Part shown: one piece after another, positions 39,597 through 48,455 of the stretch | How positions within the stretch are numbered: the stretch's first letter is position 1 | How the letters are laid out: each line of letters opens with the position of its first letter | From: Planctomycetota bacterium | GTDB taxonomy: Bacteria; Planctomycetota; Phycisphaerae; UBA1845; UTPLA1 | Length of the DNA stretch: 64,000 nt | Assembly: GCA_015654675.1 (NCBI GenBank) | Contig: JAATGM010000055.1 | Span: forward strand, 78,305 to 142,304 | Direction of reading: 5' to 3' | The notes under the pieces: model-generated | What the model was told of the DNA's origin: nothing | Databases searched by the model: none | The model's input: the letters and a program-made list of their open reading frames with translations, nothing else | Position numbers and translations under genes: made by a program

Positions 39597-40796
39597 TCAG
39601 CCGACTTCGCGGGTTTCGAAGAGGGCTGCCGCGAGTGCGAGGGCGGCGGAGATGTAGAGGACGGCGTAGCAGGTTGTAGTGATGACGTATTTCCAGGGGA
39701 TGACGCGGTCGTCGGTCAGCGCGTCGATGAGCCACATGAATTGGAAATTGGGAATGGCGGCGTTGGCGATTTTCGCCCAGGTGACGCCCTCGGTTGCGAG
39801 CGGTTGCAGATAGTAGTCGGTGATCATGCCGGCGCAGAGGATGACAATGCAGATCAGGAGCGTGGGCACGGTGCTGAATCGGGTCGAGCAGGCGAGGGCG
39901 ATGGACGAGAGCACGAGGACGGCGAGCAGCACGAGGAAGGCCGCCTTGAGGATGTCGGGCGTGGCGATTTTTCGCGTTTCGGCGACGAGCCAGTCTATGG
40001 CCTGATTCCAGCGGAACTCGTCGGTGATGGAGCGAAGGGTGGCACGCTCTTCGTCGGTGATGGGGCCTTTGAAATTGCTGCGGACGAGTCTGCCGGGCGA
40101 GCCGGGCAGCGGCTTGAAGCCCTCATCCGGCACGAACTCGACGATGTGATTCAGCTTCTCGATCGCGATGAGTTCATCGGGGAGTTTGTCGATGTGCTGC
40201 ACCGTCTCGTAGCGGCTGAGCTTCCAATCGCGGTCGATGACGCTGAGGACGATGATCGAGACGGTGAGCGCGGGGGCAATCAGGCCGATGGCGGTGGGGA
40301 GGAATTTCCAGTCGAAGAGGTAGTTGAGGATCGCGGCGGCAATCAGCATCAACAGGCAGACGCCGGGTCCGAAGGCGATGACGGTCATGTCCGATGTTTC
40401 GGAGGCCATCTGGAGGACGCCGTGCCGGAGGGACATGACGTAGGCGATGGTTGAGAGGTAGAAGGCCAGAATGACAGCCGCGAAGACTCCCAGCGCTTTT
40501 CCGAGAATGAAGAGGCCGCGTGTCACGGGCTTTGAGACGGTGGTGAGGACGGTCTTTTGCTCGATTTCGAGGTTGACGACGGCTGAGGCGGAGAACGCGG
40601 CGAGGAACAAGCCCTGCATGAGGAGCGTAGATAGACCAAGGTCGCGCAGGAGCTTGTTGTCGTCGTCGAGCGTCCAGCCAGTCAGGGACGGGGCCAGGAC
40701 GAAGGAACCGAGGGTAGCCAGGACGAGAATGGCATAAATAGGCTGCCGGACGGTTTGCAGGAAGGTATTGGACGAGATGGCAAAAAGTTTATTCAT
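39597..40796 (-). CDS. ABC-2-type transporter permease (no adjacent ATPase)
   Basis: Six to eight TM helices with a central extracytoplasmic loop. This resembles the ABC-2 / GldF-NosY-type permease architecture. Confidence 0.5.
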   Translation of the reverse strand: MNKLFAISSNTFLQTVRQPIYAILVLATLGSFVLAPSLTGWTLDDDNKLLRDLGLSTLLMQGLFLAAFSASAVVNLEIEQKTVLTTVSKPVTRGLFILGKALGVFAAVILAFYLSTIAYVMSLRHGVLQMASETSDMTVIAFGPGVCLLMLIAAAILNYLFDWKFLPTAIGLIAPALTVSIIVLSVIDRDWKLSRYETVQHIDKLPDELIAIEKLNHIVEFVPDEGFKPLPGSPGRLVRSNFKGPITDEERATLRSITDEFRWNQAIDWLVAETRKIATPDILKAAFLVLLAVLVLSSIALACSTRFSTVPTLLICIVILCAGMITDYYLQPLATEGVTWAKIANAAIPNFQFMWLIDALTDDRVIPWKYVITTTCYAVLYISAALALAAALFETREVG

Positions 40797-41029
40797 CGGG
40801 AACCGCCGGTCGGGCTGGATGATCTAAGAGGAATAGACGCGACTGGTCAAGGATTGGTTCCTGCAAAGGTTTCACACGCGAGAAAGGCCCTGTTTTGCCG
40901 GACATTTGCACTGGTAGGTTCGGGCTAGCCCAACAATTAGGTGGGGCGTAGAATCGCCCGCTCGCCGTATCGTGGTCGGTGTGGGCCGCTTGGCGCGCCG
41001 CACTCCGTGATTCCAGGATGGATGATTAG

Positions 41030-43141
41030 ATGGTGACTTCGGATCGCAGGGGCGAGGGTGTCGCCGGCTTTGGGCTCGGAATCAGCGTTATTGGTTTCCT
41101 TGCGCTGGTTTTCCTGGGGGCGTCAAAGCTGAGTCTGGCGACCTATGCAGCCGGCTGGCAGATGCTGGGCTCGGCCGGCGTGTGGCTGTTGATTCTGGTG
41201 CGACTGCATCAGGGGCGGCTGCTCGAACAGGAAAAATTTGAGCTGGCCGAGCTGGAGCGGGAGCGGCGCGAGCGGCTGGGTGGCGCGGGGACGATCTTCA
41301 AGGAAGAGGACGCCGACCAGATGGAGGCCCTGTCGATGGGCCGCCGTCTGCGAACGATCGAGCGTTGGTTTGTTCCGATTTTCGCGATGGTCACGGCGGC
41401 GTTTCTGGCCGCCTTTGGGATGCGGTTTCTGGGGAAGGTCTGGCCGTGGGCATTGGCGATGGAGGCGGGGGACAAGCCCGTCATCGATGCGTCGATGCTG
41501 GCGTTTGTGGCCGGCGGGCTGGCGTTTGTGACGTTTGCGATGTCGCGCTACGCGCTGGGGATGGCGCGGGTGACTTCGGGCGGCGATTGGACGGCGTTGC
41601 GGGCGGGTGGAGTATTTTTCTTCGGCAACGCGGTGACCTGCCTGCTGCTGGCGATTGCGCTGGTGTTGGCGCACAACGGCTATGACTGGCCGGAGCGGTG
41701 GCTGGCAGTCGGCATCGGCATCGTGATGGTGGTGATGGCGGCCGAGATGGTCGTCAACTTTGTGCTGGAGTTCTACCGGCCGCGGGTGGCCGGCGAGCGG
41801 CAACGCGTGTTTTACGAGAGCCGATTGCTGGGGGTATTTTGCGAGCCGGAAGGGATTATCCGGAGCGTTGCACAGACGATCGATTATCAGTTCGGGTTCA
41901 AGGTCAGCGAGACCTGGTTTTATCAACTGCTGGGGCGGGCGATTATTCCGCTGGTGCTCTTTCAGGCGGTCGCGCTCTACTTCATGACGTGCTTCGTGGT
42001 GGTGCCGCAGGGGTATCAGGCGGTGGTCGAGAAGACGACGCTGGGCGCCCCCGAGCGGTGGGCGGCGATGCCGGGGATCGAATTCACCTGGCCGTGGCCG
42101 TTCGCGCGATCGACGCTTGTTCCGGTAGAGCGGATTCGACGGATGGAACTGGGCTACGACGCGGCCGCCGAGAAGAAGATGGCGGAGTTGACGGGCGCTT
42201 CGAAGATCAAGCAGCGGTCGAAGGAAGAGACGGTACTTTGGACGCAGAAGCACCGTGTACGCGAGTATCAGCTTCTGGTGGCCGATCGCAACGCGTCGGC
42301 CGAGGCCAAGGTTCCGGTGAACCTGCTGTCGGTCACAATGCCGGTGCAGTGGAAGGTGAAGAAAGACAAGGCGGTGGAATTCTATCGCCAGTCGGACGAC
42401 GTTGAAAAGTTGATCGAGTGTCTGGCCTACCGGGCTCTGACGAAGTATGCGGCCGGGGCGGACCTGTTGGAGTTGATTGGTCGCGGGGGCATTCAGGCGA
42501 CCGAGGAAGTGCGGAAGTCGCTCCAGGCGGCGTGCGATCGGGGCGGGATCGACGGGGGCGACCTGGGTGTCGAGATCATGTTTGTCGGCCTCGGGGGACT
42601 TCATCCGCCGACGGATGTGGCGGACGCCTACGAGACGGTGATGAACGCGGTCGAGCAGAAGGTCACGAAAATTCTGGAAGGGCAGCGGGATGCGCTGCTG
42701 ACGCAGATCAGCGCTGGTGGGGAACAATACGCGAAGCTCGCAACGGCGATCACGGCGGAGGAAAAGGCGCGCAACGACGGCTCGAAAGACATCGATGCGA
42801 AGTCGGCCGACGTGGAGAAGTTGCTGCGAACGGTAGCCGGTGGCACGGCCGGACAGATCGCCGCGGAAGGCGAGACGTATTTCTATCGCCGTGTGACGCT
42901 CGAGGGTGCTCGGGCGGCGTTGTTCAAGATTCAGAGCGAGGCGTGCGCGAAGGCGCCGGCCGTCTATTCGCGGCGGGCGTATCTGCGGACGATGGTGGAC
43001 GGGCTTCGCAACAAGCGGATTTATGTGGTGGCGGTGAAGCAGTTGGAGCGGATTCTTTACCAGTTGGATCTGAAGCCGCCGCCGCCGCTGGAAGTATTGC
43101 AATCGGAAGTGAAGAACTTCAACGAGTCGAGTGGACAGTAG
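41030..43141 (+). CDS. polytopic membrane protein with C-terminal SPFH/band-7 (HflK/C-like) domain
   Basis: About 8 TM helices in the first 300 aa. SPFH core from VVPQGYQAVVEKTTLGAPERWAAMPGIEFTWPWPF to GVEIMFVGLGGLHPPTDVADAYETVMNAVEQK, then a coiled coil. TAG stop. Confidence 0.6.
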   Translation: MVTSDRRGEGVAGFGLGISVIGFLALVFLGASKLSLATYAAGWQMLGSAGVWLLILVRLHQGRLLEQEKFELAELERERRERLGGAGTIFKEEDADQMEALSMGRRLRTIERWFVPIFAMVTAAFLAAFGMRFLGKVWPWALAMEAGDKPVIDASMLAFVAGGLAFVTFAMSRYALGMARVTSGGDWTALRAGGVFFFGNAVTCLLLAIALVLAHNGYDWPERWLAVGIGIVMVVMAAEMVVNFVLEFYRPRVAGERQRVFYESRLLGVFCEPEGIIRSVAQTIDYQFGFKVSETWFYQLLGRAIIPLVLFQAVALYFMTCFVVVPQGYQAVVEKTTLGAPERWAAMPGIEFTWPWPFARSTLVPVERIRRMELGYDAAAEKKMAELTGASKIKQRSKEETVLWTQKHRVREYQLLVADRNASAEAKVPVNLLSVTMPVQWKVKKDKAVEFYRQSDDVEKLIECLAYRALTKYAAGADLLELIGRGGIQATEEVRKSLQAACDRGGIDGGDLGVEIMFVGLGGLHPPTDVADAYETVMNAVEQKVTKILEGQRDALLTQISAGGEQYAKLATAITAEEKARNDGSKDIDAKSADVEKLLRTVAGGTAGQIAAEGETYFYRRVTLEGARAALFKIQSEACAKAPAVYSRRAYLRTMVDGLRNKRIYVVAVKQLERILYQLDLKPPPPLEVLQSEVKNFNESSGQ

Positions 43142-43153
43142 GAATCGGACTGT

Positions 43154-44083
43154 ATGAGCGGATTCTGGACGAAGTTTTCGGCGCTACTGGTGGTGATCGT
43201 CTTGCTGCTGGCGATGACGGCGCACCAGGTGCGATTCACCGAGACGGCAGTGGTGACGCGGTTTGACCGGGTGAAGCGCGTCATTCCGGCCAATGAGGCG
43301 GGTCTGATCTTCACGGCGCCATGGCCGATCGAGCGGGTGCAGAAGTTCGACGCGCGGCTGCGGACCTATCAGACCGAGTTCAACCAGTTGAGCACGGAGG
43401 ATCAGAAGACGATCACCGTGGCGGCGTTTGCAACCTGGCGGATCGCGGACGCGGAGCTGTTCCTGCGGGCGGTGGGACGCGAGGAGGCGGCCGACAACAA
43501 GATCGGCGACCTGCTGAAGAACGAGGTGAGCAACACGCTTCGGCGGCACAATCTGGCGAGTCTCGTGAATATCGACCCGAAGCTGATGAAGTTTGACCAG
43601 ATCGAGACTGAAGTGCTGGCGGCGGTTTCGGCGCAGTCGAAGCAGAGCTACGGCATTGCGGTGGCTTCGGTAGGGATCGAGCGGCTGGGATTGCCGGAGG
43701 CGAACACGAACGAGGTTTTCGCGCGCATGAAGGCGGATCGTAAGAAGGTCAGCGATGCGTACGTGGCCGAGGGTGACGCTCAGGCGAAGAAGATCCGCAG
43801 CGACGCGGAGCAGGTCGCGAGCCGGATCGTGACGCGGACGCAGGCGTACGCGAAGAAGCTTCTGGGAGAAGGCGACGCGCGGGCGGCACAGTACTACTCG
43901 GAGTTCGAGAAGAACCCGCGCTTGAGCGCGTTCATCAAGGACCTCGAGGCGTTGGGCGAGATCCTGCGATCGGGCAAGTCGACCATTATTTTCGATTGGA
44001 AGACGGAGCCGTTTACGCCGCTCGGTCCCATCGGCGATTCGACGCCGCCGCACGGCGAGCCGAAGCCCAGCAGCGAGAAGTGA
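43154..44083 (+). CDS. HflC-like SPFH/band-7 protein
   Basis: N-terminal TM anchor. VRFTETAVVTRFDRVKRVIP...GLIFTAPWPIERVQKFDARLRTY. The coiled coil contains ARMKADRKKVSDAYVAEGDAQAKKIRSDAE. Confidence 0.7.
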   Translation: MSGFWTKFSALLVVIVLLLAMTAHQVRFTETAVVTRFDRVKRVIPANEAGLIFTAPWPIERVQKFDARLRTYQTEFNQLSTEDQKTITVAAFATWRIADAELFLRAVGREEAADNKIGDLLKNEVSNTLRRHNLASLVNIDPKLMKFDQIETEVLAAVSAQSKQSYGIAVASVGIERLGLPEANTNEVFARMKADRKKVSDAYVAEGDAQAKKIRSDAEQVASRIVTRTQAYAKKLLGEGDARAAQYYSEFEKNPRLSAFIKDLEALGEILRSGKSTIIFDWKTEPFTPLGPIGDSTPPHGEPKPSSEK

Positions 44084-44087
44084 TGCG

Positions 44088-45227
44088 ATGACCGACCAAC
44101 CTGCCAGCAATGTCGCGCTGCCCGTGCTTCCGGGCGATTCGTTCGACCCGGCCAACCAGTCGCTGGCCGATGCACTGCGCAAGAGCTTCGCGGTGCTGAA
44201 AGGGTTGATGCTCATTCTGGTCGTGGCGTACGCGCTCTCCGGTTGGTTTCGCGTGCAGCCCGGCGAGGTGGGATTCGTTGTCCGGCTTGGGAGGGTTGTG
44301 AACGACGGGCAGTCGGGCATTTTGAAGCCGGGCTGGCACTGGGCGTTTCCGTATCCGATCGATCAGGTAATGACGGTGGCGACGCAGAAGGAGCGATCGC
44401 TGCCAATCCAGTTTCTGTTTCAAATGACGGATGAAGACAAGGTGCGCGGTCCGCGGCGGATTGTTTATAGCGCGCTGGGTCCGATGAATGATGATTACCT
44501 GCTTACCGGCGATCTGAGCATATTCCATGCGCAAATGCTGGTGCGATACCGGATCACGGATCCGGTGGCGTATATCGCCAACATCGTGGATATGACGCCG
44601 GGCGATGAGAATCCGGCCGAACATGAGATGCTGCGGAACCTGGTACGCGACTCCGCCATCAGCGTGGCCGCGCGAACCCCGCTTGGACAGATTTATGGCG
44701 CGAGCCAGTCGGCTTTCCTGGAGAACGTCGGCGAGGAATCGCGGGGAAATCTGAAAAAGCTGGAAGTCGCGGGGCAGGCCACGGGAATCGAAATCGTGGG
44801 CGTAATCGCACCGCAGGTCGCGGGCGTCGAGGCCATTCTGCCGCCGCGACAGACGCGCGAGGCGTTTGATGAAGTGGTCTCGTCGGAGCAGAAGAGAAGC
44901 ACCGCCATCAGCACGGCACAGGGCCGCGCATCGGAGTTATTGCGACAGACGGCCGGCGGGGGATATGAGGAGATTGCGACGGCGATCGAGGCGGAGTTTG
45001 ATTCGCTGCTGGCGTATCTGCGGGCGGAGCGGGCGACGGAGGATCGCGAATCGAAGATCGCAACGGCACTGGCGGAGTTGCAGAAGCGCGGCGAGGAGAG
45101 TGAGCGGCTGCTGCTGAATGCATCGGGCGACGTGCAGCAGGTCGTCAACGAAGCGCGGAGCGAACGCGATCGAATCATCAATGAGTCCATCGCCGACGCG
45201 AAGCAGGTCGAGCAACTGGCGGATTAG
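44088..45227 (+). CDS. HflK-like SPFH/band-7 protein (conserved C-terminal tail appears to continue in frame past TAG 45225-45227 to 45479)
   Basis: N-terminal TM anchor. GEVGFVVRLGRVVNDGQSGILKPGWHWAFPYPIDQV. Long coiled coil. See the finding on the in-frame stop. Confidence 0.65.
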   Translation: MTDQPASNVALPVLPGDSFDPANQSLADALRKSFAVLKGLMLILVVAYALSGWFRVQPGEVGFVVRLGRVVNDGQSGILKPGWHWAFPYPIDQVMTVATQKERSLPIQFLFQMTDEDKVRGPRRIVYSALGPMNDDYLLTGDLSIFHAQMLVRYRITDPVAYIANIVDMTPGDENPAEHEMLRNLVRDSAISVAARTPLGQIYGASQSAFLENVGEESRGNLKKLEVAGQATGIEIVGVIAPQVAGVEAILPPRQTREAFDEVVSSEQKRSTAISTAQGRASELLRQTAGGGYEEIATAIEAEFDSLLAYLRAERATEDRESKIATALAELQKRGEESERLLLNASGDVQQVVNEARSERDRIINESIADAKQVEQLAD

Positions 45228-45485
45228 TATCGCCGGAACGGTGAGTTCCTGACGTCGCGCCTGCGGACCGAATTCACGCAGCAGATTCTTTCGGGTCAGG
45301 GCGTTCGAAAGATGTGGGTTCCTCCGGGTGACGAAAAGATCTGGTTCCAGATACCAACTGAGTCGGAGGCATCGGCAGGAGACGCGAAGGGCGACAATAC
45401 GGCCACTTTCCTGAGGCCGGCGCCACAGACGGGGTACATTGACCGGGCGCCGATGCGGAACAGACCAACAAGGGATTAGACGCGG

Positions 45486-46709
45486 ATGAGCAAGGCCATC
45501 AAACCCGCGCCGGTGGTGGAGTGCGCGGCGCTGACAAAGGTGTTCGCGGACTTCTGGGGCCGGGGGAAGGTGCTGGCGGTCGACAATCTCAATCTGGAGA
45601 TCTATCCGGGTGAGGTGTTTGGGCTGCTGGGGCCGAACGGTTCGGGCAAGAGCACGACGATCAAGATGCTGCTGGGGTTGCTTTATCCCACGCGCGGGCG
45701 GGCGCGAGTCTTCGATCGGCCGACGACGGACACGTCGGTGAAGAAGCGGATCGGTTTCATGCCCGAGGAGTCGTATCTCTATCGATTCCTGAATGCTTCC
45801 GAGACGCTGGATTACTACGGCCGGCTGTTCAAGCTGGATCGGAGCGAGCGGCGGAGCCGGACCGAGCAATTGATCGACATGCTGGGACTCAAGCGAGCCG
45901 CGCATCGATCGGTGGGGCAGTACTCGAAGGGAATGGCGCGACGGATCGGGCTCGCGCAGGCGCTGATCAATGATCCGGACCTGCTGATTCTGGATGAGCC
46001 GACGACTGGGCTGGATCCGATCGGCTCGCGCCAGATCAAGGATGTCATCGTTGAGCTGGCAAAGCGCGGCAAGACGGTCATCCTGTCGAGCCATTTGCTG
46101 GCGGACGTGGAAGATGTCTGCGATCGCGTGGCGATCATGTATGGCGGCAAGCTGCAGGCGATGGGGCCCGTGAAGCAGCTCTTGCAGCGGCAGGACATCA
46201 CCGAGATCACTATTCCGAAGACGGAGGGCGCTTCGCTTGACCGGCTGCGGAGCACGATCGAGGGGCAGATCGGGCGGCCGGTGCTGGATGTGCGCCATCC
46301 GACGGACAAGCTCGAAGACCTGTTTCTCCGAATTGTGGAGCAGGCACAGCGCGACAAGCTGGAGACCAGCGGGGCCGAGTCGCGGCGGGGCGTGAGCGAC
46401 TTCCTGGCGGCTGCGCCGGGCACGGTGCGTCAGGCGCCCGAAGCGGTGCTGGAATCGCTTGTGGCGGCGGGGGCGGACGTCGGCATGGTCGAGCCCGAAG
46501 CGCCGACGGTAACAAAGAAGGCAGCGCCGAAGTTCGAAGTGCTGGAAGATCTTGCCACGCCGGCGGACGAACCCACGGTTGAGCCGGAACCGGTCGAAGA
46601 CGGGCCGCGGGCGATCAAGTCGAAGCCGGTGCAGCCGAATCGATCGGTGCTCGATCGATTGACGAAATCCGATGACTCCGATTCGAGTTCGGGAGCGGGG
46701 AAGGGCTGA
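45486..46709 (+). CDS. ABC transporter ATP-binding protein with ~160-aa low-complexity acidic C-terminal extension
   Basis: Walker A GPNGSGKST, Q-loop, signature YSKGMARRIGLAQAL, Walker B LLILDEPTTGLD, H-loop SSHLL. Confidence 0.85.
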   Translation: MSKAIKPAPVVECAALTKVFADFWGRGKVLAVDNLNLEIYPGEVFGLLGPNGSGKSTTIKMLLGLLYPTRGRARVFDRPTTDTSVKKRIGFMPEESYLYRFLNASETLDYYGRLFKLDRSERRSRTEQLIDMLGLKRAAHRSVGQYSKGMARRIGLAQALINDPDLLILDEPTTGLDPIGSRQIKDVIVELAKRGKTVILSSHLLADVEDVCDRVAIMYGGKLQAMGPVKQLLQRQDITEITIPKTEGASLDRLRSTIEGQIGRPVLDVRHPTDKLEDLFLRIVEQAQRDKLETSGAESRRGVSDFLAAAPGTVRQAPEAVLESLVAAGADVGMVEPEAPTVTKKAAPKFEVLEDLATPADEPTVEPEPVEDGPRAIKSKPVQPNRSVLDRLTKSDDSDSSSGAGKG

Positions 46710-46721
46710 GCCGCTTCTGCA

Positions 46722-48455
46722 ATGGACGTCATCTACGACTCATTTATGGTGGCCGTATGCGTGCTGCTGCTGATCACGGCGGCGGCGATTCTGCGGTCGG
46801 CGTTCGGTCGCGGCGGGGGCGAAGTCGGCGGGTGGGAGGCATCGGGGGCGTGGCGACGGCTGCGGGCTGTCGCGCGGGTGACGATTGCCGAAGGACTTCG
46901 TATGAAGCTGGCGATCGTGTTCATCGGATTGCTGGTAATAACCCTGCCGGCCCTGTGCTTCGCTGCGAAGGGGGATGGGACTATCAAGGGCCGGGTGCAG
47001 ATGTTTCTCGGCTACTCCATCGGGTTGACGGGCTTCTACCTTTCACTGCTCACGATTTTCTTTTCGTGCCGAACGCTCGCGAACGAGATTGCGACGCAGC
47101 AGATCGTGATCCTCGCGACAAAACCCGTTCCACGCTGGCAGATTTTGGTCGGAAAATGGCTGGGGATCATGGTCTTGAACGTCATGCTGGTGGCATTCGC
47201 CATGGTCTTCACGTATGCGGGGACGCGCTGGATTGTCGGCCGGTTCGAGCGATCGCTGCGCGACGAACTGGCGAACCGAGGCGGACTGACCGTCGAGCAG
47301 GCGGACGATTGCGTCGCGGCGATCACCGATGTCCGGGGGCCGGGCGGACAGGGCGCGTTTAGCCCGATCATTCCAGCCATGGCGGCGGCGCTGGGGCGGT
47401 CAGAAGAACAGATTGCCGACCTTCTGCTCAAGCTGCCCGAGCCGGTACGGATGGATTTGCGTCGGCTGGATGAACTGCGACGTCAGGTACTGACTGCGCG
47501 GGCCGCCGTAAAGCCGGAAGAGCCCGACCTGAGGAAGGCGATCGACGAATACTACAAAAAGCTTGAACAAGAGAAGCGGCTGCCCAACGGGCCGGAATGG
47601 CCGATGGATCGGATTCGCGACACGATTCGGGCGGTAGTGAGCGGCCAGTTCACGACCGTTCCGTACATGGGCTATCGCGAATGGAAAATGAAGGGGCCGG
47701 TTCCGAAGGCGGACGACAAGTTTCTCTTCAGCGTTCGTTACAAGATTCGGATCGGCGGATATGCCGGGGACCTGGTATTGCCGAACGGCTTGAAGTTTCC
47801 GGAGAACACTTTTTTCCCGCAGTGGATCATCGGCGACCGGAAGAGCCCGACGCACTTCATTCCCAGGACCGTTCCGGAGGCGATGAACGCGTTTCACGAG
47901 CTCGAAATACCAAACAACGTTGTCGAGCCGGATGGGACCATTCGCGTGACGCTGGTGAACCAGGATCCGCGGCGGGTCGATGCGATCGTGCCGCTGGAGG
48001 ACGGGTTGGAAGTGTTGTACCGGGTCGGCTCGTTCGAGGAGAACCTGGTTACGGCGGGGTTGGCGATGTTGCCTTCGCTGGGATTGCTGGCGGCGCTGGG
48101 GCTGCTGCTGACGACATTCTGCACGTTTCCGGTGGCGGTGCTGGTGAGTCTAGTGTTGTTCGGGGTTTGTGAAACGCGCGGGCTGATGGCCGAGGCGCTG
48201 GCCATGACGCCGGCGCAAGCGCCGGCCCACATGACTGCGCGCGACAAGTTTCGGCGAATTGCGACGCAGGGGATGTTCGAGGCGGTTTCGCTTGGAGAAT
48301 TGGACCCGCCCGAGATGACGCTGCAGGGGCGGAATATCGGCTGGCCGGCACTCGCCGAAGAGACGCTCAATGTAATGGTTTTGCGCGGCGGCGTGCTGTT
48401 GTTTGTCGGCGTGCTGGTTTTTCGGCGGCGCGAGCTGGCCGCCGTGATTGTGTAG
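46722..48455 (+). CDS. ABC-2-type permease with large (~280 aa) extramembrane insertion
   Basis: Four N-terminal TM helices, a long soluble insertion, and two C-terminal TM helices. It is tightly linked to the ATPase. The stop overlaps the next gene by 8 nt. Confidence 0.5.
   Translation: MDVIYDSFMVAVCVLLLITAAAILRSAFGRGGGEVGGWEASGAWRRLRAVARVTIAEGLRMKLAIVFIGLLVITLPALCFAAKGDGTIKGRVQMFLGYSIGLTGFYLSLLTIFFSCRTLANEIATQQIVILATKPVPRWQILVGKWLGIMVLNVMLVAFAMVFTYAGTRWIVGRFERSLRDELANRGGLTVEQADDCVAAITDVRGPGGQGAFSPIIPAMAAALGRSEEQIADLLLKLPEPVRMDLRRLDELRRQVLTARAAVKPEEPDLRKAIDEYYKKLEQEKRLPNGPEWPMDRIRDTIRAVVSGQFTTVPYMGYREWKMKGPVPKADDKFLFSVRYKIRIGGYAGDLVLPNGLKFPENTFFPQWIIGDRKSPTHFIPRTVPEAMNAFHELEIPNNVVEPDGTIRVTLVNQDPRRVDAIVPLEDGLEVLYRVGSFEENLVTAGLAMLPSLGLLAALGLLLTTFCTFPVAVLVSLVLFGVCETRGLMAEALAMTPAQAPAHMTARDKFRRIATQGMFEAVSLGELDPPEMTLQGRNIGWPALAEETLNVMVLRGGVLLFVGVLVFRRRELAAVIV

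Noticed and set aside
43139-43141. The 703-aa SPFH protein and the HflC-like gene are in the same frame, separated by a TAG and four codons; a readthrough fusion was considered
   Set aside because: The upstream protein ends naturally after its coiled coil. The downstream ORF begins with a typical Met plus TM anchor (MSGFWTKFSALLVVIVLLLA). A same-frame arrangement occurs by chance one time in three.
20824-45479. Hypothesis that TAG is recoded as a sense codon in this organism, which would explain both in-frame TAGs
   Set aside because: At least ten confidently called genes, including sod, DUF4956, nuoH, nuoJ and nuoN, terminate at TAG with natural, homologue-consistent C-termini. TAG is therefore a functional stop here. 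The two internal TAGs are better explained as nonsense mutations, assembly errors, or at most context-specific readthrough.
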